From the human T2T-CHM13v2.0 reference genome, Homo sapiens, in NCBI RefSeq assembly GCF_009914755.1, contig NC_060948.1: DNA of 64,000 nt. One strand, given 5' to 3'. Position 1 is the stretch's first letter. The number at the start of each line of letters is the position of its first letter. The translations under genes and the position numbers were made by a program. The notes under the pieces are model-generated. The model saw nothing but the letters and a program-made list of their open reading frames with translations. It ran no database searches and was not told the origin of the DNA. Shown one piece after another: positions 10,750 to 24,877 of this stretch.

Positions 10750-13700
10750 ATGGAATCAAATCAATGGAATATAATCAAATGGAATGGAAAGGAATTGAAT
10801 GGAGTAGATTGGATTGGATGGGATTGGAATGAAATGTACTGGAAAGGACTCGAATTTCATGAAACGGAATGGAATGAATTAGAACGGAATGGACTCGAAT
10901 GGAATGGAATGTCATGGAATGGCATCAAATGGAATGGAATCGAATGCGATGGAATGCTATGGAATGGAATGGAATGCATTGGAATGGAATGTCCTCTAAT
11001 GGAATGTATTCGAGTGGAATGGAATCGAATATAATGGAGTCGAATGAAATGGAATTGAAAGGAATGGGACCGAATACAATGGAATATACTGGAATGTAAT
11101 GTAATGAACTCGAATGTAATTGACTGGAATGGAATGTAAACGAATGGAATGTAATCGAATGGAAAGCAATCCAATGGAATAGAATCTAATGCAATAAAAT
11201 CGACTCAAATAGAGTAGAATGTAATGGAATGGAGTGCAGTGCAATGGAATGGAATGGAATGGAATGCAATGGAATGGAATGGAATGGAATGGAATGGGAT
11301 GGAATGGTATGGAATGGATAGTAATGGACTGGAGTGAAATGGACTGGAAAAGAATGGACTCAAATTGAAAGGGCTCGAAAGGAATGGAGTCAAATGGAAT
11401 GGTCTGGAATGGAATGAACACGAATGTAATGCAATCCAATGGAATGGAATCGAATGGCATGGAATATAAAGAAATGGAATCGAAGAGAATGGAAACAAAT
11501 GGAATGGAATTGAATGGAATGGAATTGAATGGAATGGGAACGAATGGAGTGAAATTGTATGCAGTAGAAGAGAATAGAATGGAATGCAAGCGAAAGGAAA
11601 GGAATGGATTGGAATGGAATGGAATTCATTGGAATGGAAGGGAATGTAGTGTAATGGACAGGCCTGGAATAAAGTGGAATGCTACGGTCTCGAATGGAAT
11701 AAAAATGTATGGAACGGAATGCAATGAAACGGAATCGAATGTCATAGAATGTAATGGAATGCAAAAAAATGGACTCTAAAATCATTGACTGGAAAGGCTG
11801 GGTGTCGAAAGGAATTGACTCCAATGGAATGGAATCGAATGGAATGGAAGTGAATAGAATCGAACTAAATCGAATGGAATGGAATTGATAGGAACGGAAT
11901 GGAAAGGAATGCAATGATTTGGCATGGAATGGAATCGAATGGCATCGAATGGAATGGAATGGAATGCAATGGAATGGAATGTATTAGAATGTAATGAACT
12001 TTAATGGAATGTACTCGAATGGATTCGACTGGAATGGAATGTTCTCGAAGTGAATGGACTTCAATGGAATGGATTCGAAAGGAATGGAATCTAATGGAAT
12101 GGAATTAAATGGAAATGAATCAAATTGAATAGAACGGAATTGAATTGAATGGAATCGAATGCAATGGAATCTAATGAAACGGAAAGGAAAGGAATGGAAT
12201 GGATTGGAATGGAATCGGCTGGAATGGAATGGAATCGAAACGAATGGAATGGAATCGAACTGAAGAGACTGGAATGGAATGCACTGGAATGGAAGGGAAT
12301 GTAATGGAAGGTTCTCGAAAAAAATGGAATCGAAAGGAATGGAATTGAATGGAACGGAAGAGAGTCGAAAGGAATTGAATGGAATGGAATGGACTAGAGT
12401 GAAATGGAATCGAACCACAAGGAATGGACAGGAATAGAATGGTCTCGAATTGAATGGAATCGTATGGAATGGCATCAAACGGAATGGAATGGACAGCCAC
12501 GGAATGGAATGGACACCCACGGAATGGAAAGCACTCGAATGCAAAGGAGTCGACACTAATGGACTGAATAGAATGGACTCGACTGGTACGGACTCCAATG
12601 GAATGGAATCGAATGGAAGGGAATCGAACGGAATGGACTCGAAGGGAAAAGACTGCAATGGAAAGGTCTCCAATGGAATGGAAATTAATGGAATGGAATG
12701 GAATCGAATGAAATGGAGTCAAAAGGAATGGAATCGAATGGCAAGAAATCGAATGTAATGGAATCGCAAGGAATTGATGTGAACGGAACGGAATGGAATG
12801 GAATCCAAAGGAATGGAATAGAATGGAATGGAATCGAATGGAAAGGACTCGAATGGAAATCACTCGAATAGAATGCAATTTAATAAAATAGGATCAAATG
12901 TAATGGAATGGAATGGAAAGGAATCGAAACGAAAGGAATGGAGACAGATGGAATGGAATGGAACAGAGAGCAATGGTATAGAATGGAATGGAATCATCTG
13001 GAATGGAATTGAATGGAATGGAATAATATGAAATGGAATGGAATGGAATGGAATGCCCTTGAATTAAATGGACTGGAATGGAATGGACTCGAACAGAGTG
13101 GAATGGAAAGTGTTGAAATAGAATGGAATGGACTCGTTTGGAATGGTCTAGTATGCAATGCAATCGACTGGCAGGCAATCAAAAGGAATGTAATCGAATG
13201 GATTGGACTGGAATGCAATGGACTCGAATAGATTGGAAACGGAAAGCAAAGGAATGGAATGGAATAGTATGGAATGGAATGGAAAGGAATGGAGTGGAAT
13301 AGACTAGAGTGGAATGGAATGGACTCGAAAGCAATGGACTGGAATGGAACTTTCTTGAATGGACTGGAATCAAACGGAATGGAATGCAATGCAATCAAAT
13401 GGCATGGAATAAAATAGAATGAAAGAGAATCAAATGGAATTGAATCGAATGGAATCGAATGGATTGGAAAGGAATAGAATGGAATGGAATGGAATTGACT
13501 CAAATGGAATGGACTAGAATGGAATGGATTCGAATGGAAGTCAAAGGAATGGAATCTATTGGAATGGACTGTAATGGAAGGGAATGGAAGGGATTGGAAT
13601 GGACTCGAATGGAATGGACTGCCATAGAAAGGATTCGAATGGAATGAAAAAGAATTGAATGGAATAGAACAGAATGGAATCAAATCGAATGAAATGGAAT

Positions 13701-14302
13701 GGAATAGAAAGGAATGGAATGAAATGGAATGGAAAGGATTCGAATGGAATGCAATCGAATGGAATGCAATCGAATGGAATGGAATCGAACGGAATGGAAT
13801 AAAATGGAAGAAAACTGGCAAGAAATGGAATCGAAATGAATGGAGTGTTATGGAACGGACTCAAAAGGAATTGAATGTAATAGAATGGAGTGGAGTGGAC
13901 TCGAATATAATGGACTGGAATGGAATGAAATCACATGGAATGGGAACGAATGGAATGGAATGGAAAGGAATGGAATCGAATGGAAAGGAATCGAATGGAA
14001 GGGAATGAAATTGAATCAACAGGAATGGAAGGGAGTAGAATAGACGGTAATGGAATGGACTCGAATAGAATGGACACGAATGCTCAAATTGAATGGACTC
14101 GAATGGAATGGAAACGAAAGGAATGTCATCGAATGGAATTGAATCGATTGGAATGAAATCACATAGAATGGAGTGGAATCAAATGGAATTGAATCGAAAG
14201 GAAAGGAAGCGAATGGACTGAAATGAAATGGAATGGAATTGAATGGAAATTAATGCAATGGAATAGAATGGAACGAAATTTCACGGAATGGAATCAAACT
14301 GA
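10750..14302 (+). repeat. DYZ1 unit 4 (3553 bp; subfamily A)
   Basis: Anchor-to-anchor interval with markers at ~12512-12570. It shares private variants with unit 2. Confidence 0.9.
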
Positions 14303-17300
14303 ATGGAATCAAATCAATGGAATATAATCAAATGGAATGGAAAGGAATTGAATGGAGTAGATTGGATTGGATGGGATTGGAATGAAAAGTACTGGAAAGG
14401 ACTCGAATTTCATGAAACGGAATGGAATGAATTAGAACGGAATGGACTCGAATGGAATGGAATGTCATGGAATGGCATCAAATGGAATGGAATCGAATGC
14501 GATGGAATAGAATGCAATGGAATGCTATGGAATGGAATGGAATGCATTGGAATGGAATGTCCTCTAATGGAATGGATTCGAGTGGAATGGAATCGAATAT
14601 AATGGAGTCGAATGAAATGGAATTGAAAGGAATGGGATCGAATACCATGTAATATACTGGAATGTAATGTAATGAACTCGAATGTAATTGACTGGAATGG
14701 AATGTACATGAATGGAATGTAATCGAATGGAAAGTAATCCAATGGAATAGAATCTAATGCAATAAAATCGACTCAAATAGAATAGAATGTAATGGAATGG
14801 AGTGCAGTGCAATGGAATGGAATGGAATGGAATGCAATGGAATGGAATGGAATGGAATGGAATAGGATGGAATGGTATGGAATGGATAGTAATGGACTGG
14901 AGTGAAATGGACTGGAAAAGAATGGACTCAAATTGAAAGGGCTCGAAAGGAATGGAGTCAAATGGAATGGTCTGGAATGGAATGAATACGAATGTAATGC
15001 AATCCAATAGAATGGAATCGAATGGTATGGAATATAAAGAATTGGAATCGAAGAGAATGGAAACAAATGGAATGGAATTGAATGGAATGGAATTGAATGG
15101 AATGGGAACGAATGGAGTGAAATTGTATGCAGTAGAAGAGAATAGAATGGAATGCAAGCGAAAGGAAAGGAATGGATTGGAATGGAATGGAATTCATTGG
15201 AATGGAAGGGAATGTAGTGTAATGGACAGGCCTGGAATAAAGTGGAATGCTACGGTCTCGAATGGAATAAAAGTGTATGGAATAGAATGCAATGAAACGG
15301 AATCGAATGTCATAGAATGTAATGGAATGCAAAAAAATGGACTCCAAAATCATTGACTGGAAAGGCTGGGTGTCAAAAGGAATTGCCTCCAATGGAATGG
15401 AATCGAATGGAATGGAAGTGAATAGAATGGAACTAAATCGAATGGAATGGAATTGATAGGAACGGAATGGAAAGGAATGCAATGATTTGGCATGGAATGG
15501 AATCGAATGGTATCGAATGGAATGGAATGGAATTCAATTGAATGGAATGTATTAGAATGTAATGAACTTTAATGTAATGTACTCGAATGGATTCGACTGG
15601 AATGGAATGTTCTCGAAGTGAATGGACTCCAATGGAATGGATTCGAAAGGAATGGAATCTAATGGAATGGAATTAAATGGAAATGAATCAAATTGAATAG
15701 AACGGATTTGAATGTAATGGAATCGAATGCAATGGAATCTAATGAAACGGAAAGGAAAGGAATGGAATGGAATGGAATGGGCTGGAATTGAATGGAATCG
15801 AAACGAATGGAATGTAGTCGAACTGAAGAGACTGAAATGGAATGCACTGGAATGGAAGGGAGTGTAATGGAAGGTTCTCGAAAAAAATGGAATCGAAAGG
15901 AATGGAATTGAATGGAACGGAATAGAGTCGAATGGAATTCAATGGAATGGAATGGACTAGAGTGAAATGGAATCGAACCACAAGGAATGGACAGGAACAG
16001 AATGGTCTCGAATTGAATGGAATCGTATGGAATGGCATCAAACGGAATGGAATGGACAGCCACGGAATGCAATGCACTCGAATGCAATGGAGTCGACACT
16101 AATGGACTGGAATAGAATGGACTCGACTGGTATGGACTCCAATGGAATGGAATCGAATGGAAGGGAATGGAACGGAATGGACTCGAAGGGAAAAGACTGC
16201 AATGGAAAGGTCTCGAATGGAATGGAAATTAATGGAATGGAATGGAATCGAATGAAATTGAGTCAAAAGGAATGGAATCGAATGGCAAGAAATCGAATGT
16301 AATGGAATCGCAAGGAATTGATGTGAACGGAACGGAATCGAATGGAATCCAAAGGAATGGAATAGAATGGAATGGAATCGAATGGAAAGGACTCGAATGG
16401 AAATCACTCGAATAGAATGCAATTTAATAAAATAGGATCAAATGTAATGGAATGGAATGGAAAGGAATCGAAACGAAAGGAATGGAGACAGATGGAATGG
16501 AATGGAACAGAGAGCAATGGTATAGAATGGAATGGAATCATCTGGAATGGAATTGAATGGAATGGAATAATATGAAATGGAATGGAATGGAATGGAATGC
16601 CCTTGAATTAAATGGACTGGAATGGAATGGACTCAAACAGAGTGGAATGGAAAGTGTTGAAATAGAATGGAATGGACTCGTTTGGAATGGTCTAGTATGC
16701 AATGCAATCGACTGGCAGGGAATCAAGAGGAATGTAATCGAATGCATTGGACTGGAATGCAATGGACTCGAATAGATTGGAAACGGAATGCAAAGGAATG
16801 GAATGGAATAGTATGGAATGGAATGGAAAGGAATGGAGTGGAATAGACTAGAGTGGAATGGAATGGACTGGAAAGCAATGGACTGGAATGGAACTTTCTT
16901 GAATGGACTGGAATCAAACGGAATGGAATGCAATGCAATCAAATGGCATGGAATAAAATAGAATGAAAGAGAATCAAATGGAATTGAATCGAATGGAATC
17001 GAATGGATTGGAAAGGAATAGAATGGAATGGAATGGAATTGACTCAAATGGAATGGACTAGAATGGAATGGATTCGAATGGAAGTCAAAGGAATGGAATC
17101 TATTGGAATGGACTGTAATAGAATGGAATGGAAGGGATTGGAATGGACTCGAATGGAATGGACTGCAATAGAAAGGATTCGAATGGAATGAAAAAGAATT
17201 GAATGGAATAGAACAGAATGGAATCAAATCGAATGAAATGGAATGGAAGAGAACGGAATGGAATGAAATGGAATGGAAAGGATTCGAATGGAATGCAATC

Positions 17301-17846
17301 GAATGGAACGGAATCGAACGGAATGGAATAAAATGGAAGAAAACTGGCAAGAAATGGAATCGAAATGAATGGAGTGTTATGGAACGGACTCAAAAGGAAT
17401 TGAATGTAATAGAATGGAGTGGAGTGGACTCGAATATAATGGACTGGAATGGAATGAAATCACATGGAATGGGAACGAATGGAATGGAATGGAAAGGAAT
17501 GGAATGGAAAGGAATGGAATCGAATGGAAAGGAATCGAATGGAAGGGAATGAAATTGAATCAACAGGAATGGAAGGAAGTAGAATAGACGGTAATGGAAT
17601 GGACTCGAATAGAATGGACACGAATGCTCAAATTGAATGGACTCGAATGGAATGGAAACGAAAGGAATGTCGTCGAATGGAATTGAATCGATTGGAATGA
17701 AATCGCATAGAATGGAGTGGAATCAAATGGAATTGAATCGAAAGGAAAGGAAGCGAATGGTCTGAAATGAAATGGAATGGAATTGAATGGAAAGTAATGC
17801 AAGGGAATAGAATGGAACGAAATTTCACGGAATGGAATCAAACTGA
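14303..17846 (+). repeat. DYZ1 unit 5 (3544 bp; A-related, transitional)
   Basis: Keeps GTCGAC (~16092) and CTCGTTTGG but lacks the 20-bp insertion. It has a private 15-bp duplication at ~17491-17520. Confidence 0.9.
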
Positions 17847-20800
17847 ATGGAATCAAATCAATGGAATATAATCAAATGGCATGGAAAGGAATTGAATGGA
17901 GTAGATTGGATTGGATGGGATTGGAATGAAATGTACTGGAAAGGACTCGAATTTCATGAAATGGAATGGAATGAACTGGAACGGAATGGACTCGAATGGA
18001 TTGGAATGTCATGGAATGGCATCAAATGGAATGGCATCAAATGGAATGGAATCGAATGCAATGGAATGCTATGGAATGGAATGGAATGCATTGGAATGGA
18101 ATGTCCCCTAATGGAATGGATTCGAGTGGAATGGAATCGAATATAATGGAGTCGAATGAAATGGAATTGAAAGGAAAGGGATCGAATACAATGGAATATA
18201 CTGGAATGTAATGTAATGAACTCGAATGTAATTGACTAGAATGGAATGTACATGAATGGAATGTAATCGAATGGAAAATAATCTCATGGAATAGAATCTA
18301 ATGCAATAAAATCGACTCAAATAGAATAGAATGGAATGGAATGGAGTGCAGTGCAATGGAATGGAATGGAATGGAATGCAATGGAATGGAATGGAATGGG
18401 ATGGAATGGTATGGGATGGATAGAAATGGACTGGAGTGAAATGGACTGGAAAGTAATGGACTCAAATTGAAAGAGCTCGAAAGAATGGAGTCAAATGGAA
18501 TGGTCTGGAATGGAATGAACACGAATGTAATGCAATCCAATAGAATGGAATCGAATGGCATGGAATATAAAGAAATGGAATCGAAGAGAATGGAAACGAA
18601 TGGAATGGAATTGAATGGAATGGAATTGAATGGAATGGGAACGAATGGAGTGAAATTGTATGCAGTAGAAGAGAATAGAATGGAATGCAAGCGAAATTAA
18701 AGGAATGGATTGGAATGGAATGGAATTCATTGGAATGGAAGGGAATGTATTGCAATGGACAGGCCTTTAATAAAGTGGAATGCTACGGTCTCGAATGGAA
18801 TAAAAATGTATGGAATGGAATTCAATGAAACGGAATCGAATGTCATAGAATGTAATGGAATGCAAAAAAATGGAATCCAAAATCATTGACTGGAAAGGCT
18901 GGGTGTCGAAAGGAATTGACTCCAATGGAATGAAATCGAATGGAATGGAAGTGAATAGAATCGAAGTAAATCGAATGGAATGGAATTGTTAGGAACGGAA
19001 TGGAAAGGAGTGCAATGATTTGGCATGGAACGGAATCGAATGGCATTGAATGGAGTGGAATGGAATGCAATGGAATGGAATGTATTAGAATGTAATGAAC
19101 ATTAATGGAATGTACTCGAATGGATTCGACTGGAATGGAATGTTCTGGAAGTGAATGGACTCCAATGGAATGGATTCGAAAGGAATGGAATCTAATGGAA
19201 TGGAATTAAATGGAAACGAATCAAATTGAATAGCACGGAATTGAATTGAATGGTATCAAATGCAATGGAATCTAATGAAATGGAAATGAAAGGAATGGAA
19301 TGGATTGGAATGGGCTGGAGTTGAATGGAATCGATACGAATGGAATGGAATAGAACTGAAGAGACTGGAATGGAATTCACTGGAATGGAAGGGAGTGTAA
19401 TGGAAGGATCTCGAAAAAAATGGAATCGAATGGAATGGAATTGAATGGAACGGAATAGAGTCGAATGGAATTCAATGGAATTGAATGGACTAGAGTGAAA
19501 TGGAATCGAACCACAAGGAATGGAGAGGAATAGAATGGTCTCGAATTGAATGGAATCGTATGGAATGACATCAAACGGAATGGAATGGACAGCCACGGAA
19601 TGGAATGCACTCGAATGCAATGGAGTCGAAACTAATGGACTGGAATAGAATGGACTCGACTGGTACGGACTCCAATGGAATGGAATCGAAAGGAAGGGAA
19701 TCGAACGGAATGGACTCGAAGGGAAAAGACTGCAATGGAAAGGTCTCGAATGGAATGGAAATTAATGGAATGGAATGGAATCGAATGAAATGGAGTCAAA
19801 AGGAATGGAATCGAATGGCAAGAAATCGAATGTAATGGAATCGCAAGGAATTGATGTGAACGGAACGGAATGGAATGGAATCCAAAGGAATGGAATAGAA
19901 TGGAATGGAATCGAATGGAAAGGACTCGAATGGAAATCACTCGAATAGAATGCAATTTAATAAAATAGGATCAAATGTAATGGAATGGAATGGAAAGGAA
20001 TCGAAACGAAAGGAATGGAGACAGATGGAATGGAATGGAACAGAGAGCAATGGTATAGAATGGAATGGAATCATCTGGAATGGAATTGAATGGAATGGAA
20101 TAATATGAAATGGAATGGAATGGAATGGAATGCCCTTGAATTAAATGGACTGGAATGGAATGGACTCGAACAGAGTGTAATGGAAAGTGTTGAGATAGAA
20201 TGGAATGGACTCCTTTGGAATGGTGTAGTATGCAATGCAATCGACTGGCAGGGAATCAAAAGGAATGTAATGGAATGGATTGGACTGGAATGCAATGGAC
20301 TCGAATAGATTGGAAACGGAATGCAAAGGAATGGAATGGAATAGTATGGAATGGAATGGAAAGGAATGGAGTGGAATAGACTAGAGTGGAATGGAATGGA
20401 CTGGAAAGCAATGGACTGGAATGGAACTTTCTTGAATGGACTGGAATCAAACGGAATGGAATGCAATGCAATCAAATGGCATGGAATAAAATGGAATGAA
20501 AGGGAATCAAATGGAATTGAATCGAATGGAATCGAATGGATTGGAAAGGAATAGAATGGAATGGAATGGAATTGACTCAAATGGAATGGACTAGAATGGA
20601 ATGGATTCGAATGGAAGGCAAAGGAATGGAATCTATTGGAATGGACTGTAATGGAATGGAATGGAAGGGATTGGAATGGACTCGAATGGAATGGACTGCA
20701 ATAGAAAGGATTCGAATGGAATGAAAAAGAATTGAATGGAATAGAACAGAATGGAATCAAATCGAATGAAATGGAATGGAATAGAAAGGAATGGAATGAA

Positions 20801-21364
20801 ATGGAATGGAAAGGATTCGAATGGAATGCAATCGAATGGAATGGAATCGAACGGAATGGAATAAAATGGAAGAAAACTGGCAAGAAATGGAATCGAAATG
20901 AATGGAGTGTTATGGAACGGACTCAAAAGGAATTGAATGTAATAGAATGGAGTGGAGTGGACTCGAATATAATGGACTGGAATGGAATGAAATCACATGG
21001 AATGGGAACGAATGGAATGGAATGGAAAGGAATGGAATCGAATGGAAAGGAATCGAATGGAAGGGAATGAAATTGAATCAACAGGAATGGAAGGAAGTAG
21101 AATAGACGGTAATGGAATGGACTCGAATAGAATGGACACGAATGCTCAAATTGAATGGACTCGAATGGAATGGAAACGAAAGGAATGTCATCGAATGGAA
21201 TTGAATCGATTGGAATGAAATCGCATAGAATGGAGTGGAATCAAATGGAATTGAATCGAAAGGAAAGGAAGCGAATGGTCTGAAATGAAATGGAATGGAA
21301 TTGAATGGAAAGTAATGCAAGGGAATAGAATGGAACGAAATTTCACGGAATGGAATCAAACTGA
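17847..21364 (+). repeat. DYZ1 unit 6 (3518 bp; divergent subfamily B)
   Basis: AGGCCTTTAATAAAG at 18761, GAGCTC at ~18473, GCGAAATTAAAGG at 18691. Confidence 0.9.
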
Positions 21365-24300
21365 ATGGAATCAAATCAATGGAATATAATCAAATGGCAT
21401 GGAAAGGAATTGAATGGAGTAGATTGGATTGGATGGGATTGGAATGAAATGTACTGGAAAGGACTCGAATTTCATGAAATGGAATGGAATGAACTGGAAC
21501 GGAATGGACTCGAATGGATTGGAATGTCATGGAATGGCATCAAATGGAATGGCATCAAATGGAATGGAATCGAATGCAATGGAATGCTATGGAATGGAAT
21601 GGACTGCATTGGAATGGAATGTCCCCTAATGGAATGGATTCGAGTGGAATGGAATCGAATATAATGGAGTCGAATGAAATGGAATTGAAAGGAAAGGGAT
21701 CGAATACAATGGAATATACTGGAATGTAATGTAATGAACTCGAATGTAATTGACTAGAATGGAATGTACATGAATGGAATATAATCGAATGGAAAATAAT
21801 CTCATGGAATAGAATCTAATGCAATAAAATCGACTCAAATAGAATAGAATGGAATGGAATGGAGTGCAGTGCAATGGAATGGAATGGAATGGAATGCAAT
21901 GGAATGGAATGGAATGGGATGGAATGGTATGGGATGGATAGAAATGGACTGGAGTGAAATGGACTGAAAAGTAATGGACTCAAATTGAAAGAGCTCGAAA
22001 GAATGGAGTCAAATGGAATGGTCTGGAATGGAATGAACACGAATGTAATGCAATCCAATAGAATGGAATCGAATGGCATGGAATATAAAGAAATGGAATC
22101 GAAGAGAATGGAAACGAATGGAATGGAATTGAATGGAATGGAATTGAATGGAATGGGAACGAATGGAGTGAAATTGTATGCAGTAGAAGAGAATAGAATG
22201 GAATGCAAGCGAAATTAAAGGAATGGATTGGAATGGAATGGAATTCATTGGAATGGAAGGGAATGTATTGCAATGGACAGGCCTTTAATAAAGTGGAATG
22301 CTACGGTCTCGAATGGAATAAAAATGTATGGAATGGAATTCAATGAAACGGAATCGAATGTCATAGAATGTAATGGAATGCAAAAAAATGGAATCCAAAA
22401 TCATTGACTGGAAAGGCTGGGTGTCGAAAGGAATTGACTCCAATGGAATGAAATCGAATGGAATGGAAGTGAATAGAATCGAAGTAAATCGAATGGAATG
22501 GAATTGTTAGGAACGGAATGGAAAGGAGTGCAATGATTTGGCATGGAACGGAATCGAATGGCATTGAATGGAGTGGAATGGAATGCAAAGGAATGGAATG
22601 TATTAGAATGTAATGAACATTAATGGAATGTACTCGAATGGATTCGACTGGAATGGAATGTTCTGGAAGTGAATGGACTCCAATGGAATGGATTCGAAAG
22701 GAATGGAATCTAATGGAATGGAATTAAATGGAAACGAATCAAATTGAATAGCACGGAATTGAATTGAATGGAATCGAATGCAATGGAATCTAATGAAATG
22801 GAAATGAAAGGAATGGAATGGATTGGAATGGGCTGGAGTTGAATGGAATCGATACGAATGGAATGGAATAGAACTGAAGAGACTGGAATGGAATTCACTG
22901 GAATGGAAGGGAGTGTAATGGAAGGATCTCGAAAAAAATGGAATCGAATGGAATGGAATTGAATGGAACGGAATAGAGTCGAATGGAATTCAATGGAATT
23001 GAATGGACTAGAGTGAAATGGAATCGAACCACAAGGAATGGAGAGGAATAAAATGGTCTCGAATTGAATGGAATCGTATGGAATGACATCAAACGGAATG
23101 GAATGGACAGCCACGGAATGGAATGCACTCGAATGCAATGGAGTCGAAACTAATGGACTGGAATAGAATGGACTCGACTGGTACGGACTCCAATGGAATG
23201 GAATCGAAAGGAAGGGAATCGAACGGAATGGACTCGAAGGGAAAAGACTGCAATGGAAAGGTCTCGAATGGAATGGAAATTAATGGAATGGAATGGAATC
23301 GAATGAAATGGAGTCAAAAGGAATGGAATCGAATGGCAAGAAATCGAATGTAATGGAATCGCAAGGAATTGATGTGAACGGAACGGAATGGAATGGAATC
23401 CAAAGGAATGGAATAGAATGGAATGGAATCGAATGGAAAGGACTCGAATGGAAATCACTCGAATAGAATGCAATTTAATAAAATAGGATCAAATGTAATG
23501 GAATGGAAAGGAATCGAAACGAAAGGAATGGAGACAGATGGAATGGAATGGAACAGAGAGCAATGGTATAGAATGGAATGGAATCATCTGGAATGGAATT
23601 GAATGGAATGGAATAACATGAAATGGAATGGAATGGAATGGAATGCCCTTGAATTAAATGGACTGGAATGGAATGGACTCGAACAGAGTGTAATGGAAAG
23701 TGTTGAAATAGAATGGAATGGACTCCTTTGGAATGGTCTAGTATGCAATGCAATCGACTGGCAGGGAATCAAAAGGAATGTAATGGAATGGATTGGACTG
23801 GAATGCAATGGACTCGAATAGATTGGAAACGGAATGCAAAGGAATGGAATGGAATAGTATGGAATGGAATGGAAAGGAATGGAGTGGAATAGACTAGAGT
23901 GGAATGGAATGGACTGGAAAGCAATGGACTGGAATGGAACTTTCTTGAATGGACTGGAATCAAACGGAATGGAATGCAATGCAATCAAATGGCATGGAAT
24001 AAAATGGAATGAAAGGGAATCAAATGGAATTGAATCGAATGGAATCGAATGGATTGGAAAGGAATAGAATGGAATGGAATGGAATTGACTCAAATGGAAT
24101 GGACTAGAATGGAATGGATTCGAATGGAAGGCAAAGGAATGGAATCTATTGGAATGGACTGTAATGGAATGGAATGGAAGGGATTGGAATGGACTCGAAT
24201 GGAATGGACTGCAATAGAAAGGATTCGAATGGAATGAAAAAGAATTGAATGGAATAGAACAGAATGGAATCAAATCGAATGAAATGGAATGGAATAGAAA

Positions 24301-24877
24301 GGAATGGAATGAAATGGAATGGAAAGGATTCGAATGGAATGCAATCGAATGGAATGGAATCGAACGGAATGGAATAAAATGGAAGAAAACTGGCAAGAAA
24401 TGGAATCGAAATGAATGGAGTGTTATGGAACGGACTCAAAAGGAATTGAATGTAATAGAATGGAGTGGAGTGGACTCGAATATAATGGACTGGAATGGAA
24501 TGAAATCACATGGAATGGGAACGAATGGAATGGAATGGAAAGGAATGGAATCGAATGGAAAGGAATCGAATGGAAGGGAATGAAATTGAATCAACAGGAA
24601 TGGAAGGGAATAGAATAGACGGTAATGGAATGGACTCGAATAGAATGGACACGAATGCTCAAATTGAATGGACTCGAATGGAATGGAAACGAAAGGAATG
24701 TCATCGAATGGAATTGAATCGATTGGAATGAAATCGCATAGAATGGAGTGGAATCAAATGGAATTGAATCGAAAGGAAAGGAAGCGAATGGACTGAAATG
24801 AAATGGAATGGAATTGAATGGAAAGTAATGCAATGGAATAGAATGGAACGAAATTTCACGGAATGGAATGAAACTGA
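21365..24877 (+). repeat. DYZ1 unit 7 (3513 bp; near-copy of unit 6)
   Basis: Carries the same private variants as unit 6 at a +3518 offset. Confidence 0.9.
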
